Translations under genes and position numbers: made by a program | In this document: positions 36,514 through 45,900 of the stretch, piece after piece | Layout of the letters: each line of letters opens with the position of its first letter | Position numbering within the stretch: the first letter of the stretch is position 1 | From: a virus | Lineage: Duplodnaviria > Caudoviricetes | Direction: 5' to 3' (one strand) | Length of the DNA: 64,000 bases | Virus record (IMG/VR): IMGVR_UViG_3300005512_000001 | Span: 96,001-160,000 of that record | Notes under the pieces: model-generated | What the model saw: the letters and a program-made list of their open reading frames with translations, nothing else | Told to the model about the DNA's origin: nothing | The model's database searches: none

Positions 36514-37470
36514 TTATGACATAAACCCCCTTATGTCTTCTTTACGCTTTTGTACCAACTTCTTTTTGTCTTTTGGCATATCGCCTTCACCCAAAAGCTG
36601 ATCGCAACCTTCCAAGAAGTATTCATATGCAAAATCATCAGTATACACTCGTTCTTCAGCGGTTCTAGTTTTGACGGATTTTAGAAACCCTTTAAATTCC
36701 TCAAAATAACTACCATAAATATGAAACGAATCGACGATATGAACATATTCCCCTATTTTTATACCAAGTTGTGATGCTACATATGATTGCAACTCTACAA
36801 ACGCATACATATTCATAAATGATGCCTTATAGGCATCATTGCTTCTCATATGGACAGTCATATTTAATTTAGAAATATATCCATTATCACAATTGGCACA
36901 ATGCCCCGACCCATGATTGTTATGGCATGTTTTGCATAACGACTTTTCTATTCTAAACCAAAGCCTTTGTAAGCATGCTGGGTCATGGATGCCTAAATCT
37001 TTCCAACACTGCCATGTGACTGCTTGGGCACGCCTGGTGTGGCCACAATTTTTTAGTATTTTGACGCATTGTTCGATTTGGTTTATTAGTCTTTCTTTTG
37101 GAGAATATGTTCCTTTAAACCTGCCATATTCCCAATCTTCTTCTTTTTCTATAATATCATATTCAAACAACCTCTCATGATATGTATATTCCCATTTACC
37201 AGCTGATGGGTCTACCCAGTGGTCATGGACTCCCAAAAGCACCTCATCTCTGTACTTTTCTAAATCATCTAAACCACCTGGAAATGCTCGATGGATACGT
37301 GGTTCAGCCATTGGGTTCAGGATATGTATCATTGCAGTTACATCACGGCTATTCGGGTCATCTGCCTGATCGTATTCTGTTGGGAACATTGCACCATGCC
37401 TCCAGCACTCAAACACAGCTTTTTCCCAGGCAATTGGCAGCGTATCTTCGACAATATGGATTGTTTTCAA
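36514..37470 (-). CDS. thyA: thymidylate synthase (short archaeal-type ThyA)
   Basis: GGAG RBS with TTG start; YTYHERL, TRRAQAVTW, DPACLQ, MRSNDAYKASFMN, SFHIY. Confidence 0.88.
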   Translation of the reverse strand: MKTIHIVEDTLPIAWEKAVFECWRHGAMFPTEYDQADDPNSRDVTAMIHILNPMAEPRIHRAFPGGLDDLEKYRDEVLLGVHDHWVDPSAGKWEYTYHERLFEYDIIEKEEDWEYGRFKGTYSPKERLINQIEQCVKILKNCGHTRRAQAVTWQCWKDLGIHDPACLQRLWFRIEKSLCKTCHNNHGSGHCANCDNGYISKLNMTVHMRSNDAYKASFMNMYAFVELQSYVASQLGIKIGEYVHIVDSFHIYGSYFEEFKGFLKSVKTRTAEERVYTDDFAYEYFLEGCDQLLGEGDMPKDKKKLVQKRKEDIRGFMS

Positions 37471-37557
37471 TTTTAATCTCCAAAATTTGTTGTTGGTTCT
37501 AATACATAACGATGGTATATACTGCAAATATAAATGTGGCACTTTAGGAGTACTGAA

Positions 37558-37791
37558 ATGGTCGAAAAAGAACATAATTACCCAAAAACTAGTAGTACAG
37601 AGATGAAAAAGGTCAACAATGCTGTTGTGGGCGATTCTAAGAAACAAACCACATACAACGGCCCACACTTAAATGGTGGAAAGGGCACTGTATATAACCA
37701 AGCCAAAATCACAAATGGTTTTATGACACAAGATTCAAGACCAGGGCATAAACAGCAAGGAAATATAGAGGATAATGCGACTAATAAGTAG
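37558..37791 (+). CDS. small hydrophilic protein
   Basis: AGGAG RBS; CAAATATA upstream. Confidence 0.6.
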   Translation: MVEKEHNYPKTSSTEMKKVNNAVVGDSKKQTTYNGPHLNGGKGTVYNQAKITNGFMTQDSRPGHKQQGNIEDNATNK

Positions 37792-37806
37792 CTGTATTTA
37801 AACCGC

Positions 37807-38406
37807 ATGAATCTATCAAACACAAAAGTTTATCTATGCGGACAAATTGAAAACGATCCAGAGGCGATGGGTTGGAGATTAGATCTGGCCCGCCGCCTCC
37901 CGCTTATCAACCCAACAATATCTGTTTGGGACCCAATGGTTAAGCCAGAATGGGTTCATCCAGATATTAAAAATAACGAAATGGCCTTCGCATGGAAACA
38001 ATATATCAATAGCAACCCCAGCGATGAGTGGCAAGGCGAAATGTGCCATATTGCTAATAAAAAAGTTCGAAGAATATGCAAACAATTGGCCAATAAATGC
38101 GATTGGATGATTGCTAGAATATGCAAAAAGTTTACATGGGGTAGTATAGATGAGTTGGAAATTGCAATAAACAGGAAAATTCCTGTATTTCTATGGCTAC
38201 CTGATGGATTGATTAGCATATATGGCATAGCTGGAGTCATAGAGGATTACAGCCTGGTCCCATATTATATGCATGAAGATATGGAATCATTACTAACTAC
38301 GATTTCCGATGTAGATAAGGGTATTTCTGATTTGCTGAAGAAAGACCCAGAGACTTGGATGACGTTATCGTGGACTAATGCTGCCTCGGAGACAAATAAT
38401 GCGTAA
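37807..38406 (+). CDS. nucleoside 2-deoxyribosyltransferase / dNMP N-glycosidase superfamily protein
   Basis: VYLCGQIE...WR...WDP...CDW...GSIDEL...KIPV. Confidence 0.75.
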   Translation: MNLSNTKVYLCGQIENDPEAMGWRLDLARRLPLINPTISVWDPMVKPEWVHPDIKNNEMAFAWKQYINSNPSDEWQGEMCHIANKKVRRICKQLANKCDWMIARICKKFTWGSIDELEIAINRKIPVFLWLPDGLISIYGIAGVIEDYSLVPYYMHEDMESLLTTISDVDKGISDLLKKDPETWMTLSWTNAASETNNA

Positions 38407-39103
38407 AGTAGAATTAGATGTAAACAAACAGTCACAACTAAACAGCGCGACTGAATTTACCAGGAGGCATATGTGTCCTGCGATTGTAGTGTCGCCAGAT
38501 TTGGTTACCGGCGCACATATCGCTAGGTCGGTATCAAGGTCAAACCACAAGATTATCACAGCTGTTGATTGGCCTAAAGGGACGCAATATTTAAGTGATA
38601 AATTCAGGGGAATGCCATCGGAATCAATTAGTGCTGATGGGTTTGAAATTTTACTAACTGCTAATGGAAAGCTTGGCATCCTAAAGGAAATAAAATTCCT
38701 TTCAAATTTCTTTCGTGACCATTTCCCACCAACTATAGAACTTAGGTTTGTCTTGGGGTGGCACATGCAGGATAGAACTGTAGACCAATTTGAGTATATG
38801 GTTGATGCGTGTAAACAAATACCAAATCCTACATTAATCAGAACTACCCACTTAACTAAGATTAGTTCTGCAAATGGGTCTATAGAATCACATAATAGCG
38901 TGATTGATAAAATTCTGGCAATTAGAAATATCCCAATCAAGATTAGTGGCAACATCAACGCTAAATCACGTATTGGCTGCAAAAAAGCTGTAAGATTTGC
39001 ATGCACTTTAGAGCAAGCCACAGTATTACAAAAAGCATTATCAAATAATGCTATTGGTCAAATCAATAAAGCAGTACACGAAGCTGAAGAATCCATTTCG
39101 TAA
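38399..39103 (+). CDS. DeoC (deoxyribose-phosphate aldolase)-like TIM barrel, degenerate
   Basis: AVDWPKG, ADGFE, IRTT (for KTST), IKISGNI, RFACT. Confidence 0.55.
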   Translation: MRKVELDVNKQSQLNSATEFTRRHMCPAIVVSPDLVTGAHIARSVSRSNHKIITAVDWPKGTQYLSDKFRGMPSESISADGFEILLTANGKLGILKEIKFLSNFFRDHFPPTIELRFVLGWHMQDRTVDQFEYMVDACKQIPNPTLIRTTHLTKISSANGSIESHNSVIDKILAIRNIPIKISGNINAKSRIGCKKAVRFACTLEQATVLQKALSNNAIGQINKAVHEAEESIS

Positions 39104-39115
39104 ATCTTAGTGTTA

Positions 39116-39173
39116 AATTCTTTTCATATTGCACCTTCAAATATATCATAGGAGGTGCAATATGAAAAGAATT
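39116..39173 (+). promoter_or_regulatory. 21-bp inverted repeat sequestering the RBS and ATG, with CAAATATA in the loop
   Basis: AATTCTTTTCATATTGCACCT / AGGTGCAATATGAAAAGAATT. Confidence 0.75.
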
Positions 39174-39386
39174 ATATTAGCACTCATCATCATCTTATTG
39201 TTGCCGGGATGCGGCATATTGGACGGTTCAACCCGTATAGTCCCAGCAGAATCTATGGCCACTAGAGAAATAGAAGAGAAAGGCGAGGGACACACTGCCA
39301 CTGGTGTATTTGTATTTAGGTATTATCCTAAGGGTACGTACCCAAAATTCGCAATGCCTATAGAGGAGAAAAACAATGAGCAATAA
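39162..39386 (+). CDS. small lipoprotein
   Basis: GGAGG RBS; MKRIILALIIILLLPGC lipobox. Confidence 0.75.
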   Translation: MKRIILALIIILLLPGCGILDGSTRIVPAESMATREIEEKGEGHTATGVFVFRYYPKGTYPKFAMPIEEKNNEQ

Positions 39387-40266
39387 AGGCATACGAAGAA
39401 CTATCATAGGATTATTGATTAGCACTACCTCGTTGGCTATATTGTGCGTACTATTAACAACGATTGTGATTATGCGGCCAACAGTAATAGAGAAAGTTGA
39501 CTCAGGCCCAGGTGTTGTGACATATGACTTGGGCAATGGCAGGAAAATTACCGCACCAGGCGATGGGATTATAGAATGGAGTGGGAATTTCACTGATATA
39601 ACAACCCCCACATCATTGAGTCGTACAGATGAAGCTGAAGCTGTAGGCGTGGCGTTTAAAGCTACTGGTGCGAATGGCAAGTTTATTTTAGAGATGGACT
39701 TTGAGCTGCCAGAAGCGAACATACCTGATGGCCCAACGAGCTTAGCCGGTCATGCTAATATGGGTGTCAAAGCCATCTTCTCTAATGGCGCAACATCAAT
39801 TTATATTATCGCCGCACTATCGATTTTAGTTGGTTGTGTGCTAGGATTCTGGCTAAAAGCTTGGAAAGTTGGGCTAGGGTTTATAGTTGGCGGCGTGACG
39901 ATGTTTGCAGTCGCAAAATTTTTCACAACATATCCTTGGGTGTTACTCATATTGTTTTTTGTGGTGATAGCTGTAGTCGGATTTATATTATGGGATTACT
40001 GGAAGAAACGAAAAACCGGCGAGACAATGGACGCCATTATTGCTGCTGGCGAGGGCTTGCCAACAAAAGTCAAGGCTGCTTTTACTAAATTAGTAAGTGC
40101 AGAGGCGCAGGCACGTGGTGTTAGCAGCACGGCTAAGAAGATTGTAAGTGAGCTTAAAACTAAGTCTGCAGTGCCGCTAGCTAAAATAGATTTAAGCGAT
40201 GAGTTAAAAGAAATATATGAGACGTTAAAAGAGCAACCAAATAATCTATCGGAGGATGAGGGTTAA
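39376..40266 (+). CDS. multi-TM membrane protein
   Basis: GAGGAG RBS; 1 N-terminal and 3 central TM segments. Confidence 0.75.
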   Translation: MSNKGIRRTIIGLLISTTSLAILCVLLTTIVIMRPTVIEKVDSGPGVVTYDLGNGRKITAPGDGIIEWSGNFTDITTPTSLSRTDEAEAVGVAFKATGANGKFILEMDFELPEANIPDGPTSLAGHANMGVKAIFSNGATSIYIIAALSILVGCVLGFWLKAWKVGLGFIVGGVTMFAVAKFFTTYPWVLLILFFVVIAVVGFILWDYWKKRKTGETMDAIIAAGEGLPTKVKAAFTKLVSAEAQARGVSSTAKKIVSELKTKSAVPLAKIDLSDELKEIYETLKEQPNNLSEDEG

Positions 40267-40318
40267 ACATTCACGCTGTTTCTTGATGTATTTATTATTA
40301 TATAGATTAGGAGACAGC

Positions 40319-41569
40319 ATGTTTAATACAAACTTCGTATTTCATCCAGGGAAAATAGCAGTACTGCTAGATGGTGGTGCTGGTTCTAGCGGCAAAGGCA
40401 AATTAGCATCTTTTATAGGTGAAAACGCCAGTAATTGGCAATTTTGCTGCCAAGCATTTATGTCGAACGCCGCGCATTGGGTAATCGACGATGATGGCAA
40501 TAAATATCTATACCAAGCCCTAAACTCGGTGGCACACCTAAAAGACAAATATGAAAAGATGTATATCTGCGGTGGTGCTGTTTTAGAACTAGAGCCGCTT
40601 CTAAAAGAAATCGAGCTACATGGGCTGACACCAGATAAACTTGGCATACATCCTGTTGTTGCGATTGTGCAGCAAAAAGATGTGGATTATGAGCGTGGGG
40701 TGTGCAATTTTGAGGGCGATCCGTTTGACAATATTGTTCAATCAGATTGTATGAAGCTTGGTTCCACATTACATGGGGTCGGAGCGGCTAGAGCTAGAAG
40801 AATTTTGAGGCGGTCAGATATCTTGATTGCTAGAGACGTACCAGAGCTGCAACCTTTCCTATGTCAAACAGACTGTGAGATGATGGATAGGTTAGAACGC
40901 GGCCAAGCAGGGCTATTGGAGATAGCCCAAGGCTACCAGCTCGGCTATCTCACAAAGTTCTATCCCAAAACCACATCTCGCAATTGTACTGTCGCAGCCG
41001 GGTTGGATGATTGCGGACTACCACCATCCGTAGTACAAGATGTTCTTATTAACTTTAGAACATTCCCAATTAGAGTTAACAATAATAAATATATTCATGC
41101 TGAAACTGGTGCAGTGCTTACAGGCCAGGATATGGATGAGATGCGGGCCGCTGGCAATGCTGATATGATTAAGACACTCAAGGGCGACTCCGGTGGTTGT
41201 TATGATGACCAAGAAGAAGTGACATGGGAGTATATTACCGAATCAAGTGGCGTTAAGAATCTAGACCCAACAAGGGAGATTCGCGAGAGAACATCACTCA
41301 CAAAACTAGAACGTAGAGCATACACTTTTAGCAAGCAAAATCTACAAGATGCGATAAGGTTCAATCGTGGTAATGGCCACACATATCTATCTATCAATTT
41401 CATAAACTATGTTGATATGGCAATTGAAGGAAAACGTGGCGGGCCTGAGCAATTGACCGACAAAATCAAGACATGGATAGACGCAAATATTGAAATTATA
41501 AACCCAGAGACAGAGACTCTGAAATTCCTGGGTACCGGCGCATTAACAAACGATATGGTCGTATTATAA
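40319..41569 (+). CDS. purZ: adenylosuccinate synthetase family, PurZ-type (Ser at PurA Asp13)
   Basis: DGGAGSSGKGK, SNAAH, EIAQGYQLG, FYPKTTSRNCT, RTFPIRV, SGGCYDDQEEVTWE, TSLTKLERR, NFINY. Confidence 0.7.
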   Translation: MFNTNFVFHPGKIAVLLDGGAGSSGKGKLASFIGENASNWQFCCQAFMSNAAHWVIDDDGNKYLYQALNSVAHLKDKYEKMYICGGAVLELEPLLKEIELHGLTPDKLGIHPVVAIVQQKDVDYERGVCNFEGDPFDNIVQSDCMKLGSTLHGVGAARARRILRRSDILIARDVPELQPFLCQTDCEMMDRLERGQAGLLEIAQGYQLGYLTKFYPKTTSRNCTVAAGLDDCGLPPSVVQDVLINFRTFPIRVNNNKYIHAETGAVLTGQDMDEMRAAGNADMIKTLKGDSGGCYDDQEEVTWEYITESSGVKNLDPTREIRERTSLTKLERRAYTFSKQNLQDAIRFNRGNGHTYLSINFINYVDMAIEGKRGGPEQLTDKIKTWIDANIEIINPETETLKFLGTGALTNDMVVL

Positions 41570-42006
41570 TGGCAAAATTATCTATTGCTACTGGTATAAT
41601 CGCAGATGAGCCGACAAATTGCTTAACTACGTATCCAAAAGAGGTTTTGGAAAAAGCAGTTAAGCAATTTAATAATCGTACGGCCAAAAATCCTATAAAA
41701 GGTGGTGTATTAGACCTATCTAATATAGACGAGATAGGCGAAGCAACACACATCACACGCAGGATGTTTATAAACGAATCCGGAATGTTATGCGCTGAAA
41801 TTGAGACGCTAGATACTGACGCTGGACGCGAATTATTAAAGAAGATACGCGGTAATTCTAGGGTCATAGCTAGACCAATTATGTGTGTTCCCGCATATAT
41901 CGATATTTTAAAATCGCAACCAAACAGGAAAGACCCACTAGAGGTAACTAAAATTAACAGTATCATGAGGATACAGATACAGGCGGAATGCGATGAAGCT
42001 AAATGA
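41569..42006 (+). CDS. T4 gp21-like prohead protease homolog, apparently inactive
   Basis: AD.P....YPKEVLEKAV...G..D...TH.....EIETLDT.AG; no G.SSRG serine motif. Confidence 0.55.
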   Translation: MAKLSIATGIIADEPTNCLTTYPKEVLEKAVKQFNNRTAKNPIKGGVLDLSNIDEIGEATHITRRMFINESGMLCAEIETLDTDAGRELLKKIRGNSRVIARPIMCVPAYIDILKSQPNRKDPLEVTKINSIMRIQIQAECDEAK

Positions 42007-42184
42007 GGCAATTGAGAAAATAACAAAAGCTGGGCCAAATAATGTTAGAATCGTTTCAGACAAGTCACGATACAAGATAGAAGCTAAAATAGGCGGAGTT
42101 TGGATTTCTGTTATTGATGGCGTAGAAAAATCAATAGCAGAAAACCTGGTCCGAAAAGCTTTAAACAGGACAATATTAGGATGA
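41993..42184 (+). CDS. hypothetical protein
   Basis: translationally coupled ORF. Confidence 0.6.
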   Translation: MKLNEAIEKITKAGPNNVRIVSDKSRYKIEAKIGGVWISVIDGVEKSIAENLVRKALNRTILG

Positions 42185-42567
42185 GTAAAAACAAAGCCTA
42201 TGTATTTGCATTTGGCGGCAAAATATTAGAGTGTGAATCGCTACTAGAGTTGCGCAGCGGTATTTCTGAGGAAGAATGGAGCATGATAGTAGCTCAGACT
42301 GCAGAATTTTATCTGCAGCTAAATGCTGTGCACCAGTCTAGTGTATCACTAGATAGAGCTGACCATATGATTATGCGGCAACTCAGTAGAACACTTAAAT
42401 TCATAAAAAAACTGGACCCGATATCATATTCGCAGCTTAATATTGAAGAAAGAAAGCAGGAGTATAAAACAATTGCTAATAACGAAATACAAAACACTAT
42501 AGATATAAGCTATGGTAATGAGCCCAATAAACATGTCGATATTGTATCTGTCAATAGGCTTGACTAA
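42181..42567 (+). CDS. hypothetical protein
   Basis: translationally coupled ORF. Confidence 0.6.
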   Translation: MSKNKAYVFAFGGKILECESLLELRSGISEEEWSMIVAQTAEFYLQLNAVHQSSVSLDRADHMIMRQLSRTLKFIKKLDPISYSQLNIEERKQEYKTIANNEIQNTIDISYGNEPNKHVDIVSVNRLD

Positions 42568-42869
42568 TGCCGCAATATGATGAGATAACGATAAAATGGC
42601 CAAATGCTATTTTAAAAGTAGTTGGTGAATTTACTGAATTTGCCGACCACGTTCGATTTGATGCCATATTAATTTATCAATCAGAAAGTTACAACGATAA
42701 ATTAATATATAAGACATGGGTTAGGAAGAAACTAGGATATTTTGACCCAGACTCTATGCTGGCAATCCCAGACCCAAAATTAGTCAAAATTGCCCATAAG
42801 TTTGAAAAGATGGGCCAACAAATTTTTAATATTCGCTTCCAGTCGCTGCTAAATGCCCGCAAGTTATAA
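42567..42869 (+). CDS. hypothetical protein
   Basis: TAATG coupling. Confidence 0.6.
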   Translation: MPQYDEITIKWPNAILKVVGEFTEFADHVRFDAILIYQSESYNDKLIYKTWVRKKLGYFDPDSMLAIPDPKLVKIAHKFEKMGQQIFNIRFQSLLNARKL

Positions 42870-42977
42870 CACCAAACTCACCAATATATGTGGTTTGGTG
42901 TTCTTTTAACCTTATGTGTACCAAACCTTTCGAGATGCTCATAATATATATAGAATATTAGAGCGGGCACGTGATGG

Positions 42978-45900
42978 TCATTCTATCAAACACGCACCGC
43001 CTGCACAAGCCTTCTCAGAACGCAGTGTTGTGTTGTCGTCTTCTTCCCTAAATTTCGTCCAGTCGATTGATTGGCTATTATTAATTAAATTCTGCCAGAT
43101 AGTTTTATCTGATTCTGTCTTAACCTCTTCCCTTGGTGCGTTAACATATTCTTTATCGCCTGTGTCTGGCAACATTGATACGCCGCTGAAGAATTTACGG
43201 TGCCGCCATAGGAATTCTTTTACATCATCCCATTCATCTTGCTTTACAGTAATGGTGTTAGAAACATTATGTGTCACACCAGGTGACGAATTTGGTTTTG
43301 CAGTTCCAGGAATAACCCAATTACGCTGGGTCATTAATACCTTTTCTAAGAATTCAATCGCTGTTAGGTCATGCCTAGTAATAGCATTTTCAGGTGCTTT
43401 GATAGGGAATGTGATTAGGTCTTTCCTGGCATCAACTGAAATGCACATATGTGGGTTCTTATTTTTAAAATGTTTATAGACTGGGCAGTCTGGGTTGGCA
43501 CGCACTCTCCTGAAATATTTCTCTGCATGATGAGTATGAATGCCACTACCAACTGCACCTAATACAATAGATGCAGAACCGCTTGGCTTAATACATGTGA
43601 CTCTGGCTGCGGTGTTAATTCCGATTCTATTTGCAATATCAATATTGGTTTCGACTGCTACCTGTGCAGCGTTTCTCTGGATTTCCGGATTTAGTGCGAT
43701 ATCAGGATTATCCATAACGCCGGTCATCGATACACCAAGTAGTGCCTCTTTATTGCAAACTGCTTCACTTACCCATCCAAGATATTTAAAATCAGTATAG
43801 CCAGCTTGAGCTGTGCCGATAATCGCAGCAGCCTTTACACGCTCATATAGCTCTTGTTCGTTATCAACATCAGATACATTTACTTCTGTTAGGTTGCACA
43901 TCTGCCATCCCCAATGGGTGGCATTTACTTTCAGGTTTGGGAGTTTGCGGTTAGTTGATGCTGCCCACTTGCTGAGGGACATCTTCAATTCTGGTGTGAT
44001 GGTCAACTTCGGATTCATCCCGATTTCTACACAATTATGAACATACAACCCATTAGCGTCAAAAGCAGATGGGCCTGGCACCGTACAATCATACACTGGA
44101 TGAATACCTATATGATCTATTGATTTGATGGTGTCATATATATTATCAGACCAAAAGTTATTGTCTTTAATCTCTTCTAATTTTTTGGCTTTTTGTGCGT
44201 TGCTAAACCCAACCTGTGACGCGAACCTTTTAATCGATTTACCAGATATGATTAAATCATGCGTCGCTGCACAAATTACTTTTTTATATCCACCATGACC
44301 ATTAGGCATTGGAATGCGACGTTCTGCATGCCTTTCTTTAGCAATATTAGATTTTATGCCAAAATAACTTAATATGAGTTGTACTTTTTTTAGGTTATCT
44401 AGTTGATTAGAACACAATCTAATACTATATCTTCCTTTAGACGCGATAGTAACAGTTCCATCTGCATCAAAATATCCAGTCAGAAACCCTCTTAATAACG
44501 ATTTGGATGACTTCAATAATTGATCAGATATATGCTTACCACCACCCTTTAAATTTAAATCTCTGAATAGATGATATGAAACTGCTAAATTATATAATTT
44601 TTTGCTTTCTGATTGCACATAAGGATTTGCAATAATTGCTTTACTAAATTTTTCTCTACTATAATTCGGATGATTTTCGGAATTAAGTCCAGATTTTTGT
44701 AAAATATCATTGGCAAATACCCTATCTTGATATTTATCATCACCCCAAAATTTTATTTGTGCTGAATTGCCACGTGCTCTTTTAACAATATTTCCATCAC
44801 CAATAAACCATCCCAATACCAGCCCCTTGCCCCATTCTTTTTCATCTGAATATTGGTTTGATGCAGAATGGCTACTATGATCATGCAATTTGATGTTGTC
44901 ACCAACCATCAAATTTCCAACAGATTGCCACCCATTATTAGTCATGACTTTGTGATTAGCAGTAATATCAATATGTCGGCCACTTTTCATCTCAACACGT
45001 AACACTTGTTTTGATCCTGTTGGGAAGAACCCATTAGATTTGAACTTTTTACCGTCAACTACTGCTTTAAATGGCACGTCAAGTAGGTCACATACTTGTT
45101 TTAATCCATCATCGGTGCTAACCCAAGTATCGCCAGTAACACATGGGTTTGCGCCGGTATCTTCATCATCTGTAAAATAAAATCCTGGCTCGCCCCATTG
45201 CTCTGTGGCTTTAAAGATTCGACAGAATTGTCTTTTCTTGATGTCTTTGCGATGCAAAACGACAGAATTATTTGCTCTAGCACGCCATGGATGTGTACTA
45301 TACCAGTTGCCAGTTTTTGAATTCATCATCTCACCATCATCTAGTGAGAATAAACAAATCATTGCTGCTTCTCTGATTCCGCCAGCATAAACGGCGTTAG
45401 CTAGCATACACATAATATCATAACATTCGATTGGTTTTAGTTGTCTACCTTGAGCATTTTCAAGCACCTTTCTGACATTGTTTAATGACGACTTCAATGG
45501 CAGATGCCCAGGTGCTCTTCCACCTGACGTTTTGAGTAATGCACCTTGTGGCCTGATTTTGTTGTATGCGAATTCAACATATACTCCTGTACGTAAGTAT
45601 GACCTAATAAGCTCATGGGCAGCGTCGGCCCATCCTTCTATAGTATCAGGTACTATATGGTGAATAACGTTTTTCTTGTCAATAAACTTGACAGGTTCTA
45701 GCTGGTCAATGTGCTGGAATTGGACTGAAAATCCAACGCCTGTTCCACTAAGTAGAAGCCAGAATGCTTCTGAGAATGCACGCGCCCTGTTTATAATAGA
45801 AAAGCTACAGTTATAACCTTTAGCATTATTTGCCTCCATCGCTGGGCCGCCAAACTGCATAGACCTCATTGATGGTAAGACTTGCTTCGCCCGCACTTTA

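Noticed and set aside
36514-37470. dCMP hydroxymethylase
   Set aside because: The specificity position is Asn (FMN), the dUMP type. The ORF-track extension to 37668 overlaps a divergent gene and is not used.
40319-41569. Canonical purA
   Set aside because: The catalytic Asp13 and the TKLD motif are replaced by PurZ-type residues.
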